Position numbers and translations under genes: made by a program | Source of the DNA: Cycas panzhihuaensis | Taxonomy: Eukaryota > Plantae > Cycadophyta | Assembly: GCA_023213395.1 (NCBI GenBank) | Contig: CM041465.1 | Location: 184,085,741 to 184,149,740 of the forward strand | Length of the DNA stretch: 64,000 nucleotides | Direction of reading: 5' to 3' | Part shown: positions 1 through 13,412 of the stretch, one piece after another | Layout of the letters: every line of letters starts with the position of its first letter | Numbering within the stretch: position 1 is the first letter of the stretch | The notes under the pieces: model-generated | Seen by the model: the letters and a program-made list of their open reading frames with translations, nothing else | Told to the model about the DNA's origin: nothing | Databases searched by the model: none

Positions 1-869
1 ACTCTCAAGGACGAATAAAAGAGACTCGCTTAAAAAAATATATAAAATTAAGACCTAAGAAACCAACTAACAAAAAATATTTTAAGAGTTCATGAAAATA
101 TCCCTAGTTTTAAACATTCATAAGTTTAATAAGAATTCACAGCAATAAACATCTATGAATTTAATGTGATTAAATTGGCATCTAAATATCAAGTACATAT
201 CATAAGTTTAATGAATATATATCCAAAAGTTACTTTTAAAAGTTATTAGGATCCCTAAGTTACACTTAATTAAAAGACACCATTAGTATATAAGTTATAA
301 AAGTCAACAACCACAATTGTAGTTGCATAATTAATACTGAAAGTATTTAAATAAATGTGTTATATTCATACAAGTTTATTAGCTTAATACATAAAAGAAA
401 AAATTAGATCAAAATTACTTTACATAATCACATAGTTAAAAAAATAAAAGAATGTATGAAGAATAACCCATAAAAATGAATGTGTCTAGTTCAATGAATC
501 TCCAAAGTATACATATATTTGATACATAAAACATTAAAAAATATATTATATAAAAGAGAATATTAATTTAATAAAAAATAAGAAATATATTAATATATTA
601 TTCTAATGTTAATGAATGTTTATTAAAAACAAAGTAATTTTGAAAAAAAATTAATAAATGTTATAAAAAGGGGAGGTGATCTTAAAATAAATTTATGTTT
701 AAATTAATGTTAATATTTTAAAAAAATATTAATATTATTATGGGGAAGGGTTCTTGAAATAAACTTATATTAATGAATGTTAAATGTTAATATTTAAGAT
801 TAATGTTATAACTATATGCAAAAATTATATAGACCTGAAAACACTTAAAGTTTATTAGATTACTAATAT

Positions 870-871
<2 letters not shown>

Positions 872-900
<29 letters not shown>
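872..900 (+). repeat. Poly-G homopolymer (29 nt)
   Basis: Uninterrupted G run in otherwise very AT-rich sequence. Confidence 0.95.
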
Positions 901-901
<1 letters not shown>

Positions 902-959
902 GAGGAGGGTTTAGACCAAAAGTATTAATATAAATAAATTAAAGTAATTATAGTCATCA

Positions 960-1760
960 ATCTTGAATGGTACTTAAACGAAGAGAGGATATGTGCAAAG
1001 TTGGCCAGTGGAAGAGTTGTCTTATTATTGTTGTTGTTGTTGTTTGATGATCATGGTGTGTAATCACACTTTAAAATGTCAGTAATCAAACCTATTGAAT
1101 ATTACAGATGTCAAGTCACAATGTATTAGCTGCCAAGACATGCCAAAAAAAAATATATGCAATGTCGTGAATGACTGAACGTAGCCTGAAGTAGAGAGAT
1201 GTAGATCATGTTGAAGTTACAGCGTCGTAAAAGCGTAAATGCAGAGCCATTCCAAACGTATATATCAAGGGAGATGTCTTCTTATTATAAAGCGCACGGC
1301 TGAATAAAAGTTACCCATCAGTCATATTAAGGTTGCAGTTGTGCATTTACTCTATCCATGCAGAGCCGTGAGGACAACGAATTATTTATTTATGGCTCAA
1401 CATTGAGGTACTTTCATAAATTTTATCACCTATTTAATAATACGTGTTCACCGTTTCAGATTTATCAAATCACCAATTTCGGTTTTATCATTTCATTTTT
1501 ATCAAATTGGATTTTGATCAAATATCACTTGAAATATTAAATCCAGCGATTGATTTTTAATCAACTCAATGATTGAAATATATTAAATCAACAATGTTTG
1601 ATTAATGTTATCCGCCATTGACCTATCAAACGGATTTTAATATACATTAATCGTCAATGATAAAGATGGAGCCATCTAATAATATAGTTGATCGCATATT
1701 GTGTGTTGACTTTTGATCGCCATTCTTTCATTTATTAAGGTCGCCAATGTTATTTATGGA
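960..1760. promoter_or_regulatory. CpG-retaining non-TE segment, possible unmethylated regulatory region
   Basis: Many CG dinucleotides (gtcgtg, aacgta, agcgtcgt, gcgcacgg, gccgtg, tacgtg) where neighbouring TE DNA has almost none. ACGT cores and W-box-like TTGACC/TTGACT are present. No TE coding motifs seen. Confidence 0.3.
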
Positions 1761-2399
1761 GTTTAGTATTTATGCTAGTATATATCAAAGTCATTTGTTT
1801 TCTTTATGAATGTAATAAGGATGATTGATATTGGTGTATTATTCATTGAGTAAAGATGGTAAATAAAATATATTTCTTACCCTTCTTTCTAATATTTTGT
1901 TATTGAAGAAGTATTAAGAATTATTCTAGATATTAATCAAGTATGACATATTATTATTTTGAATGGGTGCAAATGTATTTTGGTATGTAATGATGATTAT
2001 TGATATGATGGCAATATGAAGCATGTATATTTTATTATACATTTTGATATGATGGTGAAGGGAGTGGTTTTAGGCACTTCATTGGTGATTATTGAGCATG
2101 TGTTGTCAACATTAATGGTTTTTTCACTGATTAATAAGAAGGCATGATTAATGGGTGAGATATCAACGTCATGTTCATTGATTGATAGAAGGTTGTATTT
2201 TATGGAGATATTGAACTGCAGAGCAAGCAAACAATATTATAGATCATTGTATATTATTACAAGATGTGATTTATTTTATACAGTGGTGTTTCATTTAATT
2301 TATATCAGTGAGTTTTACATCAACTATGTGAGGTAAAATATTCAGAATTACTATTTATTAGCTTGTTTGTATAAATGGTTATTAGTCTTAGTGGACCTT

Positions 2400-4270
2400 T
2401 ATACTTTGGGTAGTTGAACATATAGCAATATGGGCTATATAGCCTGTCAGAAGTTGGTTTAACATTTGTGCATATCTAAATAAGTCTGATGCAAATTTTA
2501 TAATTGAAAATTTATAAATTTGTGTTGAAAATAAAGTGATAATGAAAAGGTATATGACAATAATGCCTTAAAATCAGTTCTGTCTTAATCATGGTGTTAA
2601 ATATGAGTTGATTATCCCATATACCCTTTAGTAAGATGATGTTGCAGATGAAAGAATAATGCCATGATATAGATATGCAGGTGTTTGGTGCATGGTAAGA
2701 ATCTACCTCCTATGTTTTTTGGTAGAAGCTAGTACGATAGTTATTTAATGGGATCCCTATTAAGGTTGTTCATGGCATCAATCCTCTAAATTGTGTTGAA
2801 CTAGTCAGAAACCTTCTATTAGTTATTTGGGTCTATTGATTATACACATCTCGAATAAAGATCACAATAATAGGATTGCAAGAGTTTGAAGTATATTTGT
2901 ATGGGATTTATAATCAAAATAAAGCTTACAAACTCTGTGATTCATAGGGGGAATTGCATTGTGATTAGTGTATATGTCAAATTGGATGAGTTAATGACAC
3001 ATCATATTGAATGATCATTTAAAAATAGGTTTTATCCTCTATTTGTTCCATTTCCTAGCTGTGATTTAATAGGTATAGAGATTTTATAGCCTAACATTAT
3101 GTTTAAGATATAAGCATGACCTAATGGGAGTAATGATGAAGAGTTGTAAGAAAATGTATCGATTGCAACCTATGTTCTATTATGGGCTAAGAGGACCATT
3201 GAGAATTCTAATATGATGGTAGAATATCTAGAGGATGGACGTAGAATAAGGATCAGCATGCTAGTCAAACTTGGGGTAGACACTAATAATTCCAACAAAA
3301 GGAGATTTGTAATGGAGAGTTACAATAGAGGAGAAGTGATATATATAGGAATTAGTTCTCTTACCTCCCTTTTAGAACCTGGTCAGTTGCAAGTTGGCAA
3401 GATTCGTTGCACAAGATTTCAAATAGAAAGAAGGAATCAACTATCATGAGATATTTACACCATTTTCTAAGTTGTCATTAGTCAAATTGATCCTTGCTTT
3501 GGTAGCTACATATAGTTGAGAGTCACATTAAATGAACAAGATGTCAGTATTTTTCAATGAAGACTTGAAGAAGAGATCTATATAGCTTAAGTGGTTCAAC
3601 CTCTTAATTTAGTCAAGAAACAAGCTGAGTACTATAAACTAAGTGTCAATGTGAAAGGAGTTGTATGGTGGTAGGAAGTATTAGAGATGTTTCCAAATAA
3701 TCACACACATATAAGGCATAACACCATTATATCTGAGAGTAGATCATATCATAGAAGATGCAGGTAGAGTTTATCCAAGTGGAGATTAACTTATAGATAT
3801 CTTCACTAAGCTCTTACTAAAGATCACTTCATCAAGGTTCACGCAAATTTGGAATTTAGTGAGGTTATCCTTGAGGGGGGATCTATCAACAAGGATAAAG
3901 TGTTAGACTAATTCCTGGGAAGACTTGAAGACCCCACATTTATATTAAGAGGGGATATTAGAGTGGCATTATATCCACTTAATTGACTAATATAAATGAA
4001 GTGAATATATTATGTGAACATATGATATATTAATACGATGTAACATTAGGCCGACGAATATAATCCAAATGTAATTATGTGAAGAATTTATGGATCTATA
4101 AATAAGGATCCAAGTCCATTATAATATTATCATAACTATGTAATAATATAATATTATATTTCTATAGTGGTTTTTTCCTGAAAGGGTTTTCCATGTCAAT
4201 TCTATTATCCATGTATGTTAATTCATTTCATGTTTATTATATACATAAATAATTATATAACTTATCTATA
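2400..4270 (+). mobile_element. Highly deleted Ty1/Copia remnant (INT-RT-RNaseH fragments, PPT, 3' LTR)
   Basis: Degenerate translations: KAYKL (~2920), DV..F.N.DLEEEIY (~3540-3585), I.HHYI.E (~3710-3740), DIFTK.L (~3797). Polypurine tract aagagggga at 3947-3955. LTR-like sequence follows from 3956, with a TATA (ctataaata) and GTGGTTTT..GGGTTTTCCA. Confidence 0.7.
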
Positions 4271-4577
4271 TATTTGGTATTTTCTAGTAAGAAGAAATAA
4301 ATATATTTTTTTCTTTAAATTTTTATGATATATTTATAATTTTTTTAAATTAGTCTCATTTTTATATTATGATTTAGTTCAAGAAAATAAACCTAAATTA
4401 GTAGTCCTCCTACAAAATAGTCTCAAAAATATTTCTTTTACTGCATAATTTAAAAATGTTATAATAATAAATCTAATCTAAATAAGCAAATAAATGAACT
4501 TAGAAACTAATATATAATACCTAAAAATTTGCACAATCTTAGATGGTTGTAATCCTATTCATGATGACCACATCTCT

Positions 4578-5000
4578 GCTCTAATACGATGTTGGAGTGC
4601 TTAAAATTTTCCATATAATCAGTGAATAAAAAAAAATATTATATACAAATATGGATCTAAGTCAATACATAAAGAGAATCATACAAGAGATTGTACATAA
4701 TATTGGACAGGTGGAAAGCCTTTTACGATAGAAAAACCACCTCATAAAATAGTAATAATTATATTATCAAAATACATTATACAATAACAATCTAATCTTC
4801 AAGCTCTCTTTCATACAGGAGAGGATAATATATATGTCCATTGAGTAGTGGATTTTATAATTTCTTGACTTATTAATTTAATAATTAGCTTTTTAAATAT
4901 ACCTTAGTACATTACATTTAATATAATATTAAATTAGGGACATAAGTTTATAATATAACATTAGAATATAATAAGATATATTCTAAATAACATTACATAT
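4578..5000 (-). mobile_element. LTR fragment with tRNA-iMet PBS
   Basis: gctctaatacga (degenerate reverse complement of TGGTATCAGAGC) at 4578-4589 is directly followed by TGTTGG. A reversed LTR motif lies at 4711-4740. Right end approximate. Confidence 0.5.
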
Positions 5001-6479
5001 CTTATCAATGGAGTCAAAAGATTGTTTCATTTCTTTATTAGAACAATTGTTAGAGAAATGTTATTAACTATAATCATTGTATAAAATAAAATAAGTGATC
5101 CATCATAATGATTTTAAGGATATTGATTTTAAAAGTAGGAATTATAGATAAGTTGCCAATTGTGATTTAGATTTATGACCAGTATTGAGATAAAGTTGAG
5201 GTAATTTGAAGGGCTATATATGTGTATTCAGAGTTGAAGCTAGATCTTAATCTTTTATGGTGAGAAATTTTCTTTCCTGATGTGGACCTTTTATTATGCA
5301 TGTGGAATCTTTATTTTGAACATGTAGGTGACTATGTTTGTCCACTAATTTATGAAAGGAAACCTCCTATTTTGAGTCCCCATTGGAGGACTAATCACCC
5401 AACATTGGTGGATTAAGTAGCAACAAGTATGGATGGATGTAAACACCATGCCACATAATGAAATAAAGAAGATTTGATAAAGGTTATTTGGCTCATTTAT
5501 AGAGATAGTTATAAGCATCCTTATTGGGATTTATTATTATTATGAGTCACATATTTTTATTGAATTAGATGATTAAATTTATAGCATGCTTACCATTAGA
5601 TTTGAATGAAAATTTCATATAGAATGAATGTTTTTAAGTGGAATTAAAAATGTAGAAAACTCTTATATACATACTCATAAAGAGAGCATTTACATGTCAC
5701 AAGGATGGTAAAAACTTGGTTTAAGACCAATTCTTATGAGCTTATGGTTGATTAATGAGAGGATTAATGGTTGTGCATTGAATAGGTGCATTTTCCTTTG
5801 TATTAATGGAGCTTTCTAACTTAGAAATGTTGATAAGGGTTTGTAGATTTTTAATTTGTGTTGATAGTAGTGCATATTAATCAGAATTCATGATGTTTAG
5901 GGTTGTTTATTAATGTTGGGTACTCATATTTCATTGATGACTTTGGGAGATTTCATGGTGATAAACTCTTTATATCTTATAATTTTCTTCATGTTTGGTG
6001 ATTAAAGATATGTTATAGAGGTATTTTAACACTATACCTAGTTTAGATTCACGTTTTATTTTGAAACAATAATTTAATTTTATAAAAATAATCCATTAAA
6101 ACCCTCACATTAGGCATGAGAAATGACCTTATCTAGTAGTCGATTTTTTTGGGTATGTTCAAAAACATAAATACATGAGAGATAAAGTAGTAAAAAACAA
6201 ACGAATAAAGGAATGAAGTATATACAAATACATAAAGATAAGAAAGCATGTGGTAAATAATCATCTCTAATTATTGTAATAGGTATGAATACGTGCTTAT
6301 AGTCACCTCATGGTTGTTCAATCATATGTGAGAACCATTATAGCTACCATATAGACAAGTATGCATATGCACACATCTTAATGATACTAATTTAATATTA
6401 GATAAGTGAATTAAGTGAGTCTCCTATCACACCATATTAAACACTATTCTAACACCTCTTAAGAATGTTTAAGTATTAA

Positions 6480-7280
6480 TGTCACATCAACACATACTAG
6501 GGATAATACCCTTTCACTAAGGCTAAGGCAAGAACAATTTATCTTCTCCAAATAAGACAAACACCATCTACCTTCTCCAACTATGTTAAAATCCCCACCT
6601 TGTATAAGTTATATCTTGAAGCTACACTAACCAATTCTTGCTCATGTCCATATAAAACAAGCTCCATCCACTAGATTGCATGGGTAACCAACTCTACATT
6701 TACCAGTTTTATAGAAAACTACTTTGAATATATGATTTAATTAGCATCTATCAATACCATTCTAGGAATAAGTTGAACTACCTGGCTAGCCATATGAGTT
6801 GAGTGTAAGAGTAGCAAGTGGGTCTCACCTCTTACCAAATGGAATTTAATAGTAGCTTCTCTTCCTAAAGCCTCCCTTTAAGTTTATTAACAAGAAATTC
6901 TAATTAAAGTCTTCAACAATGATCTCTTCAAGCCTTTTATTATCATCACTTAGTATCTTTAAGTCATTCACTATCATTACTTGGAGTCTCAAACTCTAAA
7001 CTTTCCAAGAGTTATAATGATCTTTGAATCCTTTATAAATAATCCCTTCAAGATGCCATATACCATCTATCCTACTTAAACAATTATATAGCCACTATAT
7101 AACTTATAAGTACCAATGATTGATAAATAAAACATAAGATGTAACTCATGAAATTTATTAAACAACTCTCTCATAAAACATTTCTCTTTTAACTCAATGG
7201 TTCTCCATGAATTATGTTCCAAACTATGTCTTATGACTAGTTAATATGTTTGCCTTTGAACCCTCTTTCCAATTTAATTG
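6480..7280 (-). mobile_element. Possible very degraded LINE (APE endonuclease fragment)
   Basis: Minus strand of 6579-6599 reads GGDFNIV, the conserved GDFN motif of L1 AP endonucleases. The rest is too decayed to align by eye. Confidence 0.35.
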
Positions 7281-7563
7281 ATGATACTTTAACACCTTTT
7301 ATTTTCAACTTGATTTCATTGGTTTTGTGTATTCTTCTTTAGTGCAAGAAAAAATCAATGACAAAATCTCATATTAATTTTATATAATCAAACTTATAAT
7401 GTGATCATTATTCCATTAAAAAACAAATCCCGCTTAGTTACTTGGAAGTGTGAACAATTTAAGCATTATTTAGTTCTCCCAAATAAGGGTATCATGCATC
7501 ATATTCATGGCACTTAGACCCTTCATTTAAAAGAACATTAATAACATCTTACTTGCATCTTAT

Positions 7564-8716
7564 TTATACTATTGTATGACCTCTAGGAAAGATAACATTC
7601 ATGAACACCTCTGCATCAAATAGTTGAAGGTCATCCAACTGTTCTCCAATGCCAACAAACTTGACTATAATGGTGAGCTCATGCACCACACTTACCACAC
7701 AACTGTCATGAGTAATACCATTAAGTTTGGCTAGGATAAACCTTGTAATAATTACATCCTCATTAAATTCTTTTAGTTGTGGAAGAATATTTAAACTCAT
7801 TGTGCCATCTAACTCTAGCAAAATCTCATTAAGTGCACCTAATAAAAAAAATTTTATAACATGCTTACATACACTCAACTCTTTTATTAGACTATAATTG
7901 GTATGAAGATGACCAAATGTATCATAAAGCACCATATCAAAGTATCCCTCCTTTGCTCTCCATATACCCTGAGATAAATTTGAGGTAGGCCTAATCTTTT
8001 TTCCTTCACCCATACCAATCTTTGAACTAGTCCTATTAGCCTAAATTCCTAGTTGATCACTAGCTACTACTTAAAATAAATCACCTAGTGCCATTAGAAC
8101 TTTTATTCCTTCATTTTTGAATTTATGAGCAAGTTTACCGATAAATGTTATCTTTCCTCCTCCATTTATACCAACAAGAATGATCATAGTTGGACATCTG
8201 AAGGCAAATTGAAGTCATGTCTTTCATACTTTTTTTAGTTAATAAACCAACCTTTTTCTTTAATGCACTCTTGATCCCTGTTCCTAATTTTAGATTTTTA
8301 GATAATATATCTTTGTGCAGATACTTAATAATCTTAATTGTAGTTTTTATGTTAAAGAATGTAATAAGTAAAGCCTCTTCAAGTTCATCAAGGACCTGTT
8401 TTATGTTGGCCAAATTCCAACAAGTAAGAAGCTCATCCACAATAGCCAAATTATCTATAGTTTTAGAGAAGCTCAAGAAAAGTTTCTCTACATCACTCTT
8501 TGCATTCTCTTTTATAACTCTACTAAGCCTTCCAAAGAAACTCATCTTGTCTATTATATAATGAGTCTATACAACTATGCCTGCCATGTGGGTACTATGT
8601 TAGTAATGTAATTCATGTAGTTGACTCAAAGGAACATAAAGTAATAACTAAAAAACCCTTAACATTCTTTCTCCATGAAATAGAAATAAAGCTAGGAAGT
8701 AATGAAGAGTAGCTAT
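7564..8716 (-). pseudogene. cpFtsY: Processed (intronless) pseudogene of chloroplast SRP receptor cpFtsY
   Basis: ORF 8135-8545 reads FFGRLSRVIKENAKSDVEKLF..FSKT.DNLAIVDELL..WNLA...VLDELEEALL, the plant cpFtsY N domain. After a frameshift near 8200-8230 it reads VGINGGGKITFIGKLAHKFKNEGIKVLMALGDLF*VVASDQLGI*A (G1 P-loop and decayed DTFRAAA). ORF 7564-8013 reads DTFGHLHTNYSL..EL, NEILLELDG, AKLNG, VKFVGIGEQLDDLQLFDAEVF.NVIF. The match is collinear with no introns. About 170 nt upstream of 8545 is likely the decayed transit peptide. Confidence 0.93.
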
Positions 8717-9479
8717 GGTATGCTTCTGCCTTATAATTATATCCATTTCTTGGACTACTACATCTTACTCTACCCCATTTTCAGTTATATATTTCTCCAC
8801 CTCAAATGTTACTTTATTCTTGTCCATGTAAAATGAAGCAAAATATTTGGTTACAATTATGGCCCTTAACCAATCACATTTAACTCAATGATCTAAGCCC
8901 CATATACAAAATCAATAGGTACCCATAGAACATATAGACCCACCTTAGAAAAATTTAATCTGTTTAGTCATCTTATCCTTCCCCTTTCCTTTACAACCTA
9001 CATATAGAGTTTCCACCTAATAAGGGGGCCCAAATAGCCTAGTTGTTATGCATGTCCAAGTTATGGGCTTCAACCAACGTAGGGGAGTTAATTTAGCCAC
9101 TTATTAGGCTTTCCCATAAGTAGGTAACCTATTTTTTCAAGGATCAAATTTTGGGTTTTAACTTACTTGGCCAAATATAGGCCATCCACAAACTCAATGC
9201 CCTCTTAATCAAGATTAACTCATTAGACCATCAATATATGAAGGGTTTCTAAATTAATAATCTTATATTAATTGGCCTATTAATCAAGCATCCCTTCCTT
9301 ATATAACTAGAAAGTATTATGTTAATTACATAAGAAACTTTCTTCTATGGAAGGCCTGGATGACCAAATTATTCCCTTAACTATGGAAATTACCTAAGTT
9401 TGAGGGTGAATTATGACATATTAGAATATTATTCTTCACAAAAGTTAATGTAATATTTAATTAGTTGTAAAGTCATCAT

Positions 9480-9951
9480 TAGTTGATGTGAAAGGTTCTC
9501 ACACATGATCTTATTGATTGGTATATTGGTGAAATATCATTGTTTGATAATGAGGTGACATAACTATATAAGGATAATGTATATTATAAGGTAAATTAGA
9601 TCACCTAGTCCTCCTTATGAGGATTCATCATAACGATTATTCATTATTTTCCATTAATATAATATCTCATATACATTAATAATGGAATTTTCTTATTCAT
9701 TAGTTTTCCACATTAAACATGGTATCACATATGATGATTGCATAATTAACTTTTTGCCTTTACCTTATCCTTATTCCTTTATTATGTTCATTACATTATT
9801 GATTAATTATATAATTTTATTTATTTATTTTCTTGATTATACAACTCATTAACAGAAAGTTAACATGGTATACCAACTTATATAAGAATTTTAACATCAA
9901 ATTGTAACTTTTGCATAATTCATTTTATAAATTTTAATATGACATCAGAGC
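9480..9951 (+). mobile_element. LTR fragment ending in degenerate iMet PBS
   Basis: tagttttccac motif near 9701-9711 and tgacatcagagc (PBS-like) at 9940-9951. Left end approximate. Confidence 0.4.
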
Positions 9952-12900
9952 ACAAGTGAAGAGATCCTAAGGAGACTTATCAAATCACATGTGAAAGTAA
10001 GGTAAAGGTCCAAAGGAGAGGTCATATCATAATGATTCAATAGAATAGAAGCAAGATGAAGTAAATTAATAAAACAAGAGGTTGAAGACCACACGCACGA
10101 TGGTGATTTTTATCACCTAAGAACAATCTGTGTGTGCATTAAATAAGACAATATAAGTTAGTGATATTGTTTCACCATGACTGGCCCCTTTTAGCATCGT
10201 CAAGTTCTAGTCTTGTTTTATTTGCCTAAGTTGCCTACTAATTAGACTTGCATTTATTTAATTGACATAATTTGGTTAATATTCTTAGTTATTAGTTCTG
10301 CTTTAGCTAGTTGTTTAATAAAGAAAACTTTGATTAGATATGTTAAGCATTTGTTATTATATTCTAATTATGTGATTCAAATAATTATCAATTGGATGAT
10401 TACTATCTATGTGTGATTGTAATATTGTTACCAACCACTAATTGATCCTATGACGTATTTTCAGGATCTTGTCTAATATGGTTTGAGAAGTTGCTCCAAG
10501 TCTTAATTATTTATTTTTTATTATAATATTATCAAGTTTACATATTATTTAGTCTTATTTTTATTTCTATTTGATATTTTTTCTTCTTTATCTAGTCTCC
10601 ATGTAGGTCATCATTACTTAAGCAAGACCTAACAAATTTACTTTATCGAATTCTATTTCATTTTTTTACATTTTTTGGCCTTTATAGACTATCATGTTTT
10701 TAGTGTTTCTAAAAATATGATAATATAAATGAAACATGACAAACTCTCATATATTAAATTTTATTTATACTCCCACATTTTATTTGTACTCTTGCATTTT
10801 TAGTTCACTCTCATGTTTTTTGCTATTACACTCATCAAATTAGTGATAGAACATAGAAATCTCTATAATTTTGATATGATTTTGGCCTAGATTTATTAGA
10901 TGACATTGCCCTACTAATTATGGTATATTCCCATTTATTATATCTACCACCATATAAATTTTTTTTTAGAAAAATCAATAAAACCATGAATAGAAACTAT
11001 GGTTTTAGCTTCCCTCCTTCTTCCTCTTTTTTTTTTATAACACCCTATAAGTTTTCAAAGTAGGGGGGAAGTTTTCTATGTAATAAAGTGCTACCAAAAT
11101 TTTACTTTCACCTCTTTCTAGTGGTTTACCTTTAATTTTAAGTGGTTTTGGAGCTTCTTTCTTGGTAATTTATGAAACTTGTTTGAAGAATTAGGAATCC
11201 AAATTTGGTCTATGATTTCTAACACTATTCCTTCTTTGTTCTCATGTTTACCTCTCCACCCATATGTTGGGCCCTCTTCTATTAGTTTTCCATTAGTTAT
11301 TAACACACTTTCTCTTCCACAACGCCAACTATTATTGAATTTCTCACTTTCAAGGCACTTGGAACAACTTTACAGTATGTTGGATGATGATATGACATTG
11401 ATCTAAGCCTCTTTTAATCTTCACCTTTTTATGATTGAAGTGAACTTTATAATTGTGTATTTATTTTTTAGTTACAATAGTTCCTTTTATTTTTAAGAAA
11501 AATAATAAATAATTTAAAAAAGAAAGTTTCATTTTAGTTTCCTGTCATTTTCCTTTTAGTAATTTAGCCTTCACTAAGTTAGACAATTTAGAGAATCAAC
11601 CAAGTTTTGATTTCTAAATTATTTCTCACCATTTAAGTATTAAAAGTCAGTTTATGGGATTAAGCCAATTTTAATCTACATATTGATTGTCATAAGATTA
11701 AGTTGTTCATCCTTCTTTCTTACTCCTTTTTATAATCCATGCAAAGATTAGCTAAAAGAAGTTACAAAACTATGCCAATTTTTTGTAGAAAGGTGAATGG
11801 CAAAAAGGTTACCTAAATAAAGTGACCATACTCTCTCTCATAGAGTTTTTGGCCACTCTTGATGATCATTTTCCATTAAATTACTCAAAGTGTAGTAGAA
11901 ATACTGCCAAAATTTTGATAGACCTCCCTAAATTAAATTCAAGTTTTCAATTCAATAATTTAAATCATAGATGTTATATTTCATTTGGTTAGTTAGTCTT
12001 GTTTAAGAATGATTGCAATCAAAGGAAAGGGAAAATTATTGATTGGTAGAATTGCTAAAAGGTACCAATCTTATCCTTACCTATTTTAATTATTGCATTA
12101 ATTTTAAGCCACATAGAAAGAGAAATAAATATATATTTTTATTTATTATTGGTTTAAGCTAATAAAATGATTAATTAGATCATTCATTTAGGTGTTGCTC
12201 TTATTTTCTTAAAAAAAAAAAAAAGAGTAAAAAAATAAAATGGTTTTATTGTTTTGGTTAAAGTTGCATTGGATCTTTTGCATTCATTACTTTTCTTAAT
12301 TTTTAATTAATTAGATAACAAAAAGATTGAAATGAAAGTAAAGCAATAACAACTATGATAAACATACTAAACCATTTTTTATAATATATTAGTTATAACA
12401 AAAAAAAAAAGGAAAAAGAAAAGTACATTAATGTATGGTTTGATTGGTATATTACTCGAATGAGTGGTATGTGTATTCAACTTAAAGTTATATCCTAAAT
12501 TTATATTTAGGGTGTGATTTCTCTTATCTAGTTCTCCTAGGTTAACTCTTGTCCTTTTGTTTAGGACTTGCTTGATCACTTAGGACTTGGTATCCCTAAT
12601 GTATAACCTTATCTTCTCATATAGAAAAATACTTCCCATTATTAGAGGGCTTTTTATCAATTGAGACTTGACATCCTTAACATACAAACTACCTCTTCTT
12701 TGAGATTATTTCCACTTATCATTTTCAAAACACTAAAGGTGGTGGCTTCCCATCACTCTTTGGATTGAGAACAACTTCCTCTTTTCCACCTTTATCACTA
12801 AGCATGAGAACCCATGAGAATTAATTGTGGGCATGCTTGAGCCATCCATCCTTACAAGTAGAGTATCAATAGGTTAGGAAGTCTCCAATGGTTGACACTT

Positions 12901-13394
12901 TAAAAGGTCATTAATCTAGGGTCTAAGATCTCTTGGGTTCTCACACTCATGAATCTTCCCAATCTTTAGTTTGAATGATGTTGATCTTCTCGTTGGATAA
13001 GAAAAGAGGTCTAGATTAGAGTTTTATCCATAGGAGTGCTTTAGGATAGAAAGACATAAAACCTAGGATGCTTACTTTAGGTAAGGAATCTTAATGATCC
13101 TTCCACTAGTTGGAAGATATTCATGACTTCCTTGAGGTTAAGAGAACTTTTTATTTATTTATTTGATTACTTTTAGTGGTGTTATTTGCTTATTTTCATT
13201 TGATTATATCGTATATACATATATACATATATATAATAGTTGGTTTGGTAAATAAACTTTGTCCACCCTTTGTTACTTAGCATACAATTAAAGAGATATA
13301 TCTCCTCTCTAAAGGGGAACCTTGAGATATGTTACCTTTTTCTCCACTTATTTAGGACTTTATAGGTGATTTGCTTTAAGACATAGAATTATTA

Positions 13395-13412
13395 TGGTGA
13401 CTATATTGGGGA
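13395..13412 (+). promoter_or_regulatory. Primer-binding site, tRNA-Arg type
   Basis: tggtgactatattgggga resembles the Ogre-type PBS TGGCGACTCCACTGGGGA, mostly by C>T changes. Confidence 0.65.

Noticed and set aside
6155-6454. Possible solo LTR (TG...CA)
   Set aside because: No matching TSD, PBS or partner copy in the window.
7564-8545. Functional cpFtsY gene or bacterial ftsY transfer
   Set aside because: It has a frameshift, in-frame stops and damaged GTPase motifs. The N-terminal FFGRL..IKE.AKSDVEK sequence is plant-type.
8217-8561. 114-aa plus-strand ORF
   Set aside because: Antisense shadow of the cpFtsY pseudogene.
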